A DNA stretch of 24,000 nt, taken from contig JAIFWC010000002.1 of assembly GCA_019662065.1 (NCBI GenBank), positions 9,298-33,297 of the forward strand. The letters run 5' to 3'. The DNA is from Candidatus Saccharimonadota bacterium (GTDB lineage: Bacteria; Patescibacteriota; Saccharimonadia; Saccharimonadales; UBA10212). Positions within the stretch are counted from its first letter, which is position 1. Each line of letters starts with the position of its first letter. The notes beneath the pieces are model-generated. The model was not told where the DNA came from. It saw only the letters and a program-made list of their open reading frames with translations, and did no database searches. Positions 15,633-24,000 of the stretch are shown here, piece by piece. The position numbers and the translations under genes are program-made.

Positions 15633-16805
15633 ATGCCAAAACTGCCCGGCAAAGATACTTCTTTATGGCTGGATACAACACCAAAAACTAATTTTACTGA
15701 ACTGGCTGACTTAAAACATACGCTGGACGTTGCAGTAGTCGGCGGTGGGATTGCCGGGATTTTAACGGCTTGGTATTTGCAACAAATCGGACTTAAGGTG
15801 GCCATTATCGAAAAGGCCCGGATTATCGAGAACACCACCGGTAATACCACCGCTAAGCTCACCTCCCAGCACAATTTAGTCTATGCTTATCTAATACGGC
15901 AGCACGGCCGCCCAGCCGCCCGGGCTTTTGGCGAAGCCAATCAGCAAGCCATAGAAGATATATTCAATCTTTCAAAACAGCTGGCAATTGATTGTGATTT
16001 TGAGCGGGCTGAAGCTTACGTCTTTACTCAACGGAAGGATAAGCTGGAGGCTATTAAACAAGAAACCGAGGCCGCCAAAAGCCTGGGCTTGCCGGCCAGC
16101 TTTGAAACCAAAACTGACTTACCATTTTCAGTCAAGGGTGCTATTAAATTTGCTAATCAGGCCCAATTCCACCCCCGTAAATTCTTATTAGGGGTAATAG
16201 CTGAGCTAAGAAAAAATAAAGTACCGATTTTTGAGCAGACTGAAGCCCTAGACATTAAACCGGGCTCCGTTGCCATCTTAAAAACCAATAAGGGCGAACT
16301 AAAAGCTAAGTACATTGTGGGGGCTACAAAATACCCATTCTGGCGCCAAGATTTGTTTGAGGATAAGACTTGGGTTAAATTATCTTACGCCCTTGGGGTA
16401 CTGCTAAAAGGTGATTATCCCCAACAGATGTATATTTCGGCTGAAGAGCCGGTCCGGACCATCCGCTCGCATCCCTATAAAGCTGGCCGGATATTAATTT
16501 TTGGCGGCGAAAGCCACTTAATGACCAAGGACTACAACAAAGACGAACACTATCAAAATTTGATTGACGATGTTAAGCGGAAGTTCAAAGTTAAACAGAT
16601 AGTTTATAGGTGGATTGCTGGCGATATGATGCCTAACGATAAGATGCCATACATCGGCGCCTATCCAGGGGAGAGTAACATTTTTGTAATCACTGGTTTC
16701 CATGCGTGGGGTTTGGGCTGGGGAATGGCCGCCGCCCAAATGATCAGAGATGAAATAGCCAAGCAGCCGAACCAATATAAGCAATTCTTTAGCCTGTCTC
16801 GCTAA
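15633..16805 (+). CDS. FAD-dependent oxidoreductase (DAO family)
   Basis: VAVVGGGIAGILTAWYLQQIGLKVAIIEKARI, NIFVITGFHAWGLGWG; no Rieske domain. Confidence 0.9.
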   Translation: MPKLPGKDTSLWLDTTPKTNFTELADLKHTLDVAVVGGGIAGILTAWYLQQIGLKVAIIEKARIIENTTGNTTAKLTSQHNLVYAYLIRQHGRPAARAFGEANQQAIEDIFNLSKQLAIDCDFERAEAYVFTQRKDKLEAIKQETEAAKSLGLPASFETKTDLPFSVKGAIKFANQAQFHPRKFLLGVIAELRKNKVPIFEQTEALDIKPGSVAILKTNKGELKAKYIVGATKYPFWRQDLFEDKTWVKLSYALGVLLKGDYPQQMYISAEEPVRTIRSHPYKAGRILIFGGESHLMTKDYNKDEHYQNLIDDVKRKFKVKQIVYRWIAGDMMPNDKMPYIGAYPGESNIFVITGFHAWGLGWGMAAAQMIRDEIAKQPNQYKQFFSLSR

Positions 16806-16837
16806 AAAGAGTTAAGGTTTTTGCTAATATAATGCCT

Positions 16838-17713
16838 ATGAAGCTCAATATCGAACCAGGTACGTATGTAGTGGCCGTTAGCGGCGGCGTCGACTCTGTG
16901 GTGTTGCTAGATTTACTGTCTAGGAGGCCGGGGCTTAAACTGATTGTGGCTCATTTTAATCACGGAATTAGAAGTGATTCGGCAGAAGATGAGAAATTGG
17001 TCAAACGCACGGCCAGAAACTACGGTTTAAAGTTTGAAGCTACCAATGGCCAGCTGGGAGTTGTGAGTGAAGAAATCGCCAGAAAAGCCCGCTATGTTTT
17101 CCTGGAGGCTATTAAAGCCAAGTATCAGGCTCAGGCTATTATCACGGCTCATCATCAGGACGACTTGATTGAAACAACCATGATTAATTTACTGCGCGGT
17201 ACTGGACGCCAGGGCTTATCGTCAATTATTAATAATCAAAAAATTATCCGGCCACTTTTGAATGTGTCAAAGCAGTCGATTCTGGAATATGCGCATCAGC
17301 ATAATTTAGAGTGGCAGGAAGATTCAACAAACCAAAATCCAGATTACCTAAGGAACTATTTGAGACTAAAGGTATTAATGAAATTAAATAAAAAGCAAAG
17401 AGAAATTCTTATCTGTAATATCGAAAAAGTCGCAAAAATTAATAATTCTTTAGATAATGAATTTGCGAAATTATCGCATAATATTGGTCAAACTGAGATT
17501 GATCGGCAAGCTTTTTCTAAACTGCCAGCCGAGGTTGGTACCGAATATATGGCTTATCTACTTAGACAGTGCCAGATTAAAGACTACGACTCTACGACAA
17601 TTAACCGTCTCAGCTTGTCGATCAAGACATCTAAACCTAATACAGCTCAACCGATTAGGCAACTACAGTCGCTTAAACTGACTGCCGCTACTGCCACTAT
17701 CGCAACTTCTTAG
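16838..17713 (+). CDS. tilS: tRNA(Ile)-lysidine synthetase, short form
   Basis: VAVSGGVDSVVLLDLL, AHFNHGIRSDSAEDE, TAHHQDDLIETTMINLLRGTGRQGL. Likely ATG at 16838 rather than 16832. Confidence 0.92.
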   Translation: MKLNIEPGTYVVAVSGGVDSVVLLDLLSRRPGLKLIVAHFNHGIRSDSAEDEKLVKRTARNYGLKFEATNGQLGVVSEEIARKARYVFLEAIKAKYQAQAIITAHHQDDLIETTMINLLRGTGRQGLSSIINNQKIIRPLLNVSKQSILEYAHQHNLEWQEDSTNQNPDYLRNYLRLKVLMKLNKKQREILICNIEKVAKINNSLDNEFAKLSHNIGQTEIDRQAFSKLPAEVGTEYMAYLLRQCQIKDYDSTTINRLSLSIKTSKPNTAQPIRQLQSLKLTAATATIATS

Positions 17714-17761
17714 CCTAAGGGGTCGCAAACTAACCGTTGCAACTGATATAATAACTTTGAT

Positions 17762-19633
17762 ATGGAGAAAAAGCCTTTCCGCTTGAGTGGCGGCCGGGGA
17801 GACGGTCGCGGCAACCGCTTTAAGAATGCGGGGTTTGTTGCCTTGATAATTCTGTTTGGCATGATTGTTTATGCGGCTCTGAACCAACCCAGTCCACTAA
17901 AGACCGTGCCCTTCTCTCAGGTAGTGGCTCAGGCTAACAATGGCCAAATTAAGCGGATTGAGGTTAATGGCGACCAAACCTTAGAAATTACACCGGTAGG
18001 GCAGAACCATCCGACAGAGAAGTCTTATAAAGAAGCGGGCTCCAGCATTTACGAGCAGGGTCTAAAACAGGGCAAGGTAGAGTTAGTCAATAAGCCGCAA
18101 TCAGATAACAATGGCATCTGGATTACTCTTTTGGGTAGCGTACTGCCAATTGTGATTATCGCTGGGATATTAATTTTGATGTTCCGTAGCGCCCAGGGCC
18201 AGGGTAACCAGGCGTTGAGCTTTGGCAAAAGCCGCGCCCGGTTATACGGTAACGAGAAGGATAAGATTAACTTTAAAGAAGTCGCCGGCAACGAAGAGGC
18301 CAAGCAAGACCTCCAAGAAGTGGTGGAGTTTTTGAAATACCCTAAAAAGTTTGAAGGGGTAGGAGCCAAAATTCCTAAAGGAGTGCTGCTGGTAGGGCCA
18401 CCGGGTACCGGTAAGACACTGTTGGCCCGGGCAGTGGCCGGTGAAGCTAATGCGCCATTTTTCAGCATCAGTGGTTCGGAATTTGTAGAAATGTTTGTCG
18501 GTGTCGGGGCCAGTCGAGTGCGCGACCTGTTTAATAAGGCCAAAAAGAACGCACCCTGCATCATTTTTATAGATGAGATTGATGCTGTAGGCCGCCGACG
18601 TGGCTCAGGTATGGGCGGTGGCCACGACGAACGTGAGCAAACCCTCAATCAAATCCTAGTAGAGATGGATGGTTTTGAGCAAGGCCAAAACGTCATTGTG
18701 TTAGCAGCCACTAACCGCTCAGATGTACTTGACCCAGCCTTGCTGCGACCAGGCCGGTTTGACCGCCGGGTAAATATTGATTTGCCAGACCGCAAAGACC
18801 GTGAAGCTATCTTAAAAGTTCATTTCAGTGAAAAGCCGGTCAGCAAGGACGTTGACCTGAATTCACTGGCGGCCAAAAGCGCTGGCTCATCCGGTGCTGA
18901 TTTAGCCAACATCGCTAATGAGGCTGCTATATTGGCCGCCCGCCATAACCGCAAAGTAATTGAGAACGAAGACGTAGTTTCGGCCTTTGAAAAAGTGGCC
19001 ATCGGACCAGAGCGCAAAAGTAAGATTATGAGCGAGAAAGAGAAAGAACTAACAGCCTACCATGAAGCTGGTCATGCAGTCGTAGGACATGTTTTGCCAG
19101 ATAGCGATATGGTCCATAAAGTCACCATCATTCCACGCGGCGGCACTGGTGGCGTAACCTGGTTTATCCCTCCAGAAGATAAAAGCTACCACAGTATTAT
19201 CGAGTACAAAGATGTCCTGGCTAGGATGCTGGGTGGCCGGGTAGCCGAGGAAGTAGTTTACGGCCATGATAGAGTGACCACTGGCGCCGGCAGCGACCTG
19301 CAAAAGGCTGCCGAACTGGCCCGTGATATGGTGGTTAACCAGGGTATGGGCCGCAAGCTGCGCGACCAAGTCTTCCATGTAGAAGAGGGCATGATGCTAG
19401 AACGAATGGTCCACGAGCGTCAGTATTCCGACGAAACTGCCAAAATTATCGACGATGAAGTCGAAGCCTTGATTACCGAAGCTGCAAACCGGGCCCGGAC
19501 AGTTGTCAAAGCCAACTTGCACAAACTAGAAGAACTCAAAAAGGCCCTGTTAGATAAAGAGACCGTCGAAGCCAAAGAAGTCGTCAAACTCCTCGAGGGT
19601 TCACACATGCCCAAAGCTGCCGCTTTGTACTAG
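17762..19633 (+). CDS. ftsH: ATP-dependent zinc metalloprotease FtsH
   Basis: [39 protein letters not shown]. Confidence 0.98.
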   Translation: MEKKPFRLSGGRGDGRGNRFKNAGFVALIILFGMIVYAALNQPSPLKTVPFSQVVAQANNGQIKRIEVNGDQTLEITPVGQNHPTEKSYKEAGSSIYEQGLKQGKVELVNKPQSDNNGIWITLLGSVLPIVIIAGILILMFRSAQGQGNQALSFGKSRARLYGNEKDKINFKEVAGNEEAKQDLQEVVEFLKYPKKFEGVGAKIPKGVLLVGPPGTGKTLLARAVAGEANAPFFSISGSEFVEMFVGVGASRVRDLFNKAKKNAPCIIFIDEIDAVGRRRGSGMGGGHDEREQTLNQILVEMDGFEQGQNVIVLAATNRSDVLDPALLRPGRFDRRVNIDLPDRKDREAILKVHFSEKPVSKDVDLNSLAAKSAGSSGADLANIANEAAILAARHNRKVIENEDVVSAFEKVAIGPERKSKIMSEKEKELTAYHEAGHAVVGHVLPDSDMVHKVTIIPRGGTGGVTWFIPPEDKSYHSIIEYKDVLARMLGGRVAEEVVYGHDRVTTGAGSDLQKAAELARDMVVNQGMGRKLRDQVFHVEEGMMLERMVHERQYSDETAKIIDDEVEALITEAANRARTVVKANLHKLEELKKALLDKETVEAKEVVKLLEGSHMPKAAALY

Positions 19634-19655
19634 TGCGAAATGTTAGAATACACTT

Positions 19656-19766
19656 ATGGCGATTGAGCGGATTATAAACAGAAATAAGACACCCCTTCGG
19701 GGTTTCTTATCGCGCCGGGTACGGAATCAATCCGCCACTCGGGCTACCTTCCCGAAAGGTGATTGA
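19656..19766 (+). CDS. Leader ORF, 36 aa: [36 protein letters not shown]
   Basis: ATG 6 nt after TAGAAT; TGA ends one nt before the GTG of ruvB; first 8 aa equal the RuvB N-terminus. Confidence 0.4.
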   Translation: MAIERIINRNKTPLRGFLSRRVRNQSATRATFPKGD

Positions 19767-19767
19767 A

Positions 19768-20793
19768 GTGGCTATAGAAAGAATTATAAACACATCGGCT
19801 AAAGATGAACCCGAAGAGCAAGAGTTAGAACAAACATTGCGGCCACGTGACTTTAAAAGTTACGTGGGCCAAGAGCGTTTAAAGAAAAACCTCAAACTGG
19901 CAATCAGTGCTGCCAAAAAACGCGGTGAGCCGATTGACCACGTGCTGCTTTATGGGCCGCCGGGGTTGGGCAAAACAACCATGGCCACGGTGATCGCCAA
20001 CGAGATGGGCGCCCAAATCAGGGTAACTAGCGGCCCGGCGATCGAGCGGGCTGGCGATTTGGCATCTTTGCTGACTAACTTGCAAGACAGCGATATTTTA
20101 TTCATTGATGAAATTCACCGCTTGCATCGGGTTGTAGAGGAAGTCTTATATTCGGCGATGGAAGATTTTAAGCTCGATATTATGTTGGGCAAAGGCCCCA
20201 GCGCCCGCAGTCTACGGCTAGATTTGCCTAAATTTACTATCATTGGCGCTACCACCCGTACTGGTGCCTTAGCGGCGCCATTGCGTGATCGGTTTGGCAT
20301 GATCCACCGCCTGGAATTTTATGAACCAGATGAGATCAAGCAGATTATCAAGCGCTCGGCAGCGATTTTGAAGGTGCCAGTTGATGATGAAGCCGCCGGA
20401 CTGCTCGCCGGTCGGGCCCGCCTGACACCGCGGATTGCCAACCGGCTGCTAAAACGGGTACGCGATTATGCCGATATTAACGGTGATGGAATTATTGATG
20501 CCAAAATTGCCACCGAAGCGCTAGGTTTATTAGAAATAGATTCACTCGGCCTAGATCCAGCCGACCGCAGCATTTTGGTGGCGATTATGGAACACCACAA
20601 CGGCGGCCCGGTAGGTGTAGAGACTCTGGCCGCGCTGACCGCCGAAGAACGCACCACCATTGAAGATTTTTACGAGCCATATCTGATGCAAATTGGCTTA
20701 TTGGAGCGCACGCCGCGCGGCCGTAAAGTTACCCATCGGGCTTGGGAACATCTCGGAAAGAAACCGGCCAAAACTCAGCCATCTTTACTGTAA
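19768..20793 (+). CDS. ruvB: Holliday junction DNA helicase RuvB
   Basis: [59 protein letters not shown]. Likely GTG start at 19768 (VAIERIIN). Confidence 0.96.
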   Translation: MAIERIINTSAKDEPEEQELEQTLRPRDFKSYVGQERLKKNLKLAISAAKKRGEPIDHVLLYGPPGLGKTTMATVIANEMGAQIRVTSGPAIERAGDLASLLTNLQDSDILFIDEIHRLHRVVEEVLYSAMEDFKLDIMLGKGPSARSLRLDLPKFTIIGATTRTGALAAPLRDRFGMIHRLEFYEPDEIKQIIKRSAAILKVPVDDEAAGLLAGRARLTPRIANRLLKRVRDYADINGDGIIDAKIATEALGLLEIDSLGLDPADRSILVAIMEHHNGGPVGVETLAALTAEERTTIEDFYEPYLMQIGLLERTPRGRKVTHRAWEHLGKKPAKTQPSLL

Positions 20794-20812
20794 ATCCTAT
20801 ATAATCTAGCCA

Positions 20813-21412
20813 ATGGCAGAAAAACCTAACCCTCCGGCGACACCTCCGCCGCTAACTGGGCTATCCGCCTTACCCGAAGCCGACATGCTGGAGCCGGGCG
20901 AGAGCATTGTAACTGTGATTCATCGTTCATTGATTGGGCTGGTCGGCATATACTTAGTTGCGATTGCGGCCGTAGGGGCTATATTTACATTGCTGATTGC
21001 AATTTCTCCGGACACCTTTGATACCGAGAGCGCCACCATATCACCTACTTTGAGTGCCATCATGATATTGGGGGCTATCCTATTAGTGCTGATTTTATTT
21101 GCAGCCACCTACATCTACCGCCAAAGCCGATTGATACTGACTGACAGAAGTCTCTTACAAATTATGCAAAAATCGCTTTTTATCAGAAAAGCCTCCAGGT
21201 TAAGCTATTCTAATGTTGAGGATGTCAGCGCTGAGCAAAGGGGTATATTGGCCAGCTTGTTTAGCTACGGCACTTTAATGATCCAAACTGCCGGCGAGCG
21301 GGATAATTTTGATTTTAGTCTCTGTCCCAACCCTAATGAACTAGCCGACCGAATAATCGAAGAACGCCAAAAATATGCTGAAAGCATTAAAGAAGAGAAC
21401 GAACGCCATTAA
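20813..21412 (+). CDS. PH-domain (bPH2-like) membrane protein
   Basis: Two TM segments followed by YRQSRLILTDRSLLQIMQKSLFIRKASRLSYSNVEDVSAEQRGILASLFSYGTLMIQTAG. Confidence 0.75.
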   Translation: MAEKPNPPATPPPLTGLSALPEADMLEPGESIVTVIHRSLIGLVGIYLVAIAAVGAIFTLLIAISPDTFDTESATISPTLSAIMILGAILLVLILFAATYIYRQSRLILTDRSLLQIMQKSLFIRKASRLSYSNVEDVSAEQRGILASLFSYGTLMIQTAGERDNFDFSLCPNPNELADRIIEERQKYAESIKEENERH

Positions 21413-21441
21413 ATACTTAACAAGTTAAGTATAGCTAATAG

Positions 21442-21747
21442 CTACTCTTGGAAAGGGTTGTTGCGGGCGGATTCAAATAGAGCGTGGATATCTGTATTAT
21501 TTTGCTCAAGCGATTGGATTTGATTAACGGCGTTTTTGTCGACTTTAGGAATAGAGGTGGTAACTGTTACTTCTTGATCGGGTCCGGGCTCTGCCTTGGC
21601 CAGATTACTGATTTTGAAAACTATAATTAGGTATACCAGCAGCACGCCAAAGACAGCTGCAAAAATTATATGCTTACTAAATCGGCCAAAGTATTTTTTA
21701 ATTAACGGCCTAAAGTTTAGTGATTTTAAATCGATATTTTTACTCAT
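21442..21747 (-). CDS. Small membrane protein of the pilus block, PilP-like position
   Basis: N-terminal TM segment, ends ...ESARNNPFQE; overlaps the end of the PilO-like gene. Confidence 0.6.
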   Translation of the reverse strand: MSKNIDLKSLNFRPLIKKYFGRFSKHIIFAAVFGVLLVYLIIVFKISNLAKAEPGPDQEVTVTTSIPKVDKNAVNQIQSLEQNNTDIHALFESARNNPFQE

Positions 21748-22397
21748 GGCTTGATAAATATGTTAATAGTCAGCGTGAAGGTAAGGGACGTTTTGCCGTT
21801 AGCCGGCTGGATGGTCACTTGAGTAATTTGGGCGGTGTGGCGATTATTCTCAATCCGGTGCAAGAAACTGAGCATTTTATCGTAAGTTACTTGCTTGCTG
21901 GGAGCGGCAGTATTGCTGGATTCGGGCGTGATTATAAGCTCAAGGCTGTATAGGCCAGGAATGCCGGTGACTGGTTTGGCTTGGCTAATAGCTGCTGAAG
22001 ATGAGCTAGCCGAAGTGGCGTCCTGTTGGGTGGGCGTAGTAGTAGTGCGCAGGCCAAGAGTGCTGGCGGGGAAGGTTATGCTTTGAATCGAAATACCAGA
22101 TTGGCTAGCCATTTGATTGATTTCCAGGACTGCTTGAGCCTGGTCCTTGTCGTTAGGAATAACGGTTTTGGCAACATCTTTAAAGTATGAATATTTCTCG
22201 ATATCTTTTTTAGTTTGTTCAAGATTAGATAGCTGGGCATCGGCTGTCTCACTTTGGACTCTTAAATCAACCATTTTCTTACTCTCGCTGCCAAGGGTAG
22301 AGAGACCGGCTAACATAACTCCAAAAAAACCAACAATTGATAGGGCTAAGACTCCAAGTAACAGTAATCGCAACCGTTTACTATCAAGCTTAATCAT
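21744..22397 (-). CDS. pilO: Type IV pilus assembly protein PilO-like
   Basis: Single TM, coiled coil, and mixed alpha/beta C-terminus; order after PilM and PilN. Confidence 0.7.
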   Translation of the reverse strand: MIKLDSKRLRLLLLGVLALSIVGFFGVMLAGLSTLGSESKKMVDLRVQSETADAQLSNLEQTKKDIEKYSYFKDVAKTVIPNDKDQAQAVLEINQMASQSGISIQSITFPASTLGLRTTTTPTQQDATSASSSSAAISQAKPVTGIPGLYSLELIITPESSNTAAPSKQVTYDKMLSFLHRIENNRHTAQITQVTIQPANGKTSLTFTLTINIFIKP

Positions 22398-22990
22398 TGG
22401 GACCCCTTAGGTACGCTTAAGAAGCGGTTCTTGGCATCAGCTGAAAACAGGGCTTTAAATGTAGCGCCACATTTATAAACAGTTTGATCGAGAGTAGTTG
22501 TGCAGTTAATGGCGATAATATCAACTTTGGAAAACAACTTATTTTTAGAGCCACTTAAATTAACGGCAATTTGGGCCGCCGAAGCATAGTCTTTAGCGCT
22601 GGCGCTTAAGTCCAGCGTGCCATTGATTTGGGTCAAACTGAGCGTACCCAATACAGTGCCGGGCGGCATATCGTTACCAATCGCCTGGATAAGATCGGAA
22701 AAACGGATCTCAGTACCAAGCACTTGGTTAATGACCTTGATATCACCGGTGATTTCTTTAGCGTCTTTTTGCACTTTAGCCAAATTTTGAGCTTTAAGCT
22801 GCTGATTAGTGATATCAATATTTTTTTGCAGGGTTTTAGATTGCTGGTTAATGTATAGCCAGCCGCCAGCTAGGATGATCACTAGGCCAACCATCGCTAT
22901 CGCGACGCCAATCAGCCAGTTGCGGAGGATGGTATTTTGCCGGCCGTAGCGTATAGATTCGGCATAAGTTGTCGGCAGTAAATTGATCAT
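22394..22990 (-). CDS. pilN: Type IV pilus assembly protein PilN-like
   Basis: MINLLPTTYAESIRYGRQNTILRNWLIGVAIAMVGLVIILAGGWL. Confidence 0.8.
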   Translation of the reverse strand: MINLLPTTYAESIRYGRQNTILRNWLIGVAIAMVGLVIILAGGWLYINQQSKTLQKNIDITNQQLKAQNLAKVQKDAKEITGDIKVINQVLGTEIRFSDLIQAIGNDMPPGTVLGTLSLTQINGTLDLSASAKDYASAAQIAVNLSGSKNKLFSKVDIIAINCTTTLDQTVYKCGATFKALFSADAKNRFLSVPKGSQ

Positions 22991-24000
22991 TGCAAGGCCT
23001 CGGCCGGGTTTACTAAAGCTTCGCCAGCCGCGATGATATAACCAGCTCGTTCGGCTTCGTTAGGAACCGGCAGTTGACCGAACTTAATCGTCTGCCAAGG
23101 ATCCAGGTTTTGGGTTGGTAAGCGCAGTTGTTTTGATAAGTATTGATTAAAACCGGGCATAACAGAGCCGCCACCAACAGTGATAATCTGCGAAATTTCA
23201 CCACCAGATTTAGTGCCGCGCTCGGCATAAAACCGAATCGATTTTTCGATGGCTCCAATTAGAATATCCAGGCTAGGCTTAATGGCATCGATAATTCGCT
23301 GTTGGCGTTCGCTATAAGAAATTCCATACTCGTCTTTTAAATCAGCAGCCTGTTGTTCGCTCAAATGCAGTTGCTGTGCAATTAGCTCAGTCATGTTTTG
23401 ACCGCCGGTACTAACCGTACTGGCTACCAGCAAGGTTTTATCGTATACGGCAATATCAGATGTAACCGAACCAATATCAACAATGATAGCGGTTTCGGAC
23501 TGAGACACGCCCATCATCTGGACAATCCGCGAGGCGGCATTGATGGTCGGTTCAAAAGCGACTGGCTCCAGCTGCAGAGCTTCGAGCGTTCGATGGTAGC
23601 TATCAACGATATTTTTAGAAACCGCTACTAGCAACAGTTCCATACCGGCTGGGTCCCTATGGGTAATTTCGTAATCCAGATATAAGTTGTTAAGTGGAAT
23701 TGGTATATACTGCTCGGCTTCAAGATGGATAGCATCCATGATAGCCTCGTGGTCCATAAGCGGTATCTTCATTGGCCGGCTAAAGGTCCGCGAAGCCGGT
23801 AAGCTGCAAGCCACCCGTCGGCTATTGATAGTGCCAGCCAAACTTTTTTCAAACAACTTGTGCATAGCCTCGGCAATAAGCTCTGGCTTAATAATCACAC
23901 CATTTTCAATTGCCTGGGCATCAAATTCACTGACGCCATAACCTAAAATATTCAAGGACTTGCCCGGCAGATTATTTACCTGCATGGCTTTTAAGCTAGA
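22987..24000 (-). CDS. pilM: Type IV pilus assembly protein PilM, truncated at right edge
   Basis: Actin-like ATPase motifs; reading frame stays open upstream of 23985 (SSLKAMQVNNLPG...), matching the N-terminal GxSSxKA motif, so the true start is outside the window. Confidence 0.88.
   Translation of the reverse strand, partial: SSLKAMQVNNLPGKSLNILGYGVSEFDAQAIENGVIIKPELIAEAMHKLFEKSLAGTINSRRVACSLPASRTFSRPMKIPLMDHEAIMDAIHLEAEQYIPIPLNNLYLDYEITHRDPAGMELLLVAVSKNIVDSYHRTLEALQLEPVAFEPTINAASRIVQMMGVSQSETAIIVDIGSVTSDIAVYDKTLLVASTVSTGGQNMTELIAQQLHLSEQQAADLKDEYGISYSERQQRIIDAIKPSLDILIGAIEKSIRFYAERGTKSGGEISQIITVGGGSVMPGFNQYLSKQLRLPTQNLDPWQTIKFGQLPVPNEAERAGYIIAAGEALVNPAEALQ

Noticed and set aside
18049-18648. 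199-aa minus ORF opposite ftsH
   Set aside because: Long antisense ORF arising from codon bias of the ftsH AAA+ region; low-complexity Arg/Ser/Pro composition.

Overview
The gene content, short intergenic spaces and standard stop usage (TAA/TAG/TGA) suggest a Candidatus Saccharibacteria/CPR-type chromosome. This taxonomic call is inference from the protein set, not a database result. The window holds mostly housekeeping genes: ComEC-like protein, YebC/TACO1, peptidase S51-like protein, RuvC, RuvA, Dus, Pcm, FtsB/DivIC-like protein, LysM-Rpf-like protein, MBL-OsmC pair, LUD protein, HxlR regulator, RRM protein, DJ-1/PfpI, FAD oxidoreductase, TilS, FtsH, RuvB, a PH-domain membrane protein, and a PilO/PilN/PilM type IV pilus block running off the right edge. 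There are four tRNAs: Lys-UUU and three with CAU anticodons, one of which is an initiator. The most interesting structures are: (1) two tandem secreted-protein cassettes at about 844-2037 that share a nearly identical 48-nt promoter/leader and the same double-hairpin 3' end although the proteins have diverged; (2) a 21-bp perfect direct repeat of the initiator-tRNA 3' end 592 bp downstream, enclosing a small membrane-protein ORF and tRNA-like debris, which looks like a minimal integrated element; (3) a 36-codon leader ORF before ruvB whose first 8 residues (MAIERIIN) repeat the RuvB N-terminus with only synonymous or start-codon differences; (4) a 26-aa smORF with its own promoter, RBS and terminator; (5) -10 boxes 6-9 nt before several start codons, suggesting leaderless transcription; (6) a structured leader before the Rpf-like gene; (7) inverted-repeat elements next to three tRNA genes. 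No CRISPR array, transposase or classical defence system was seen.
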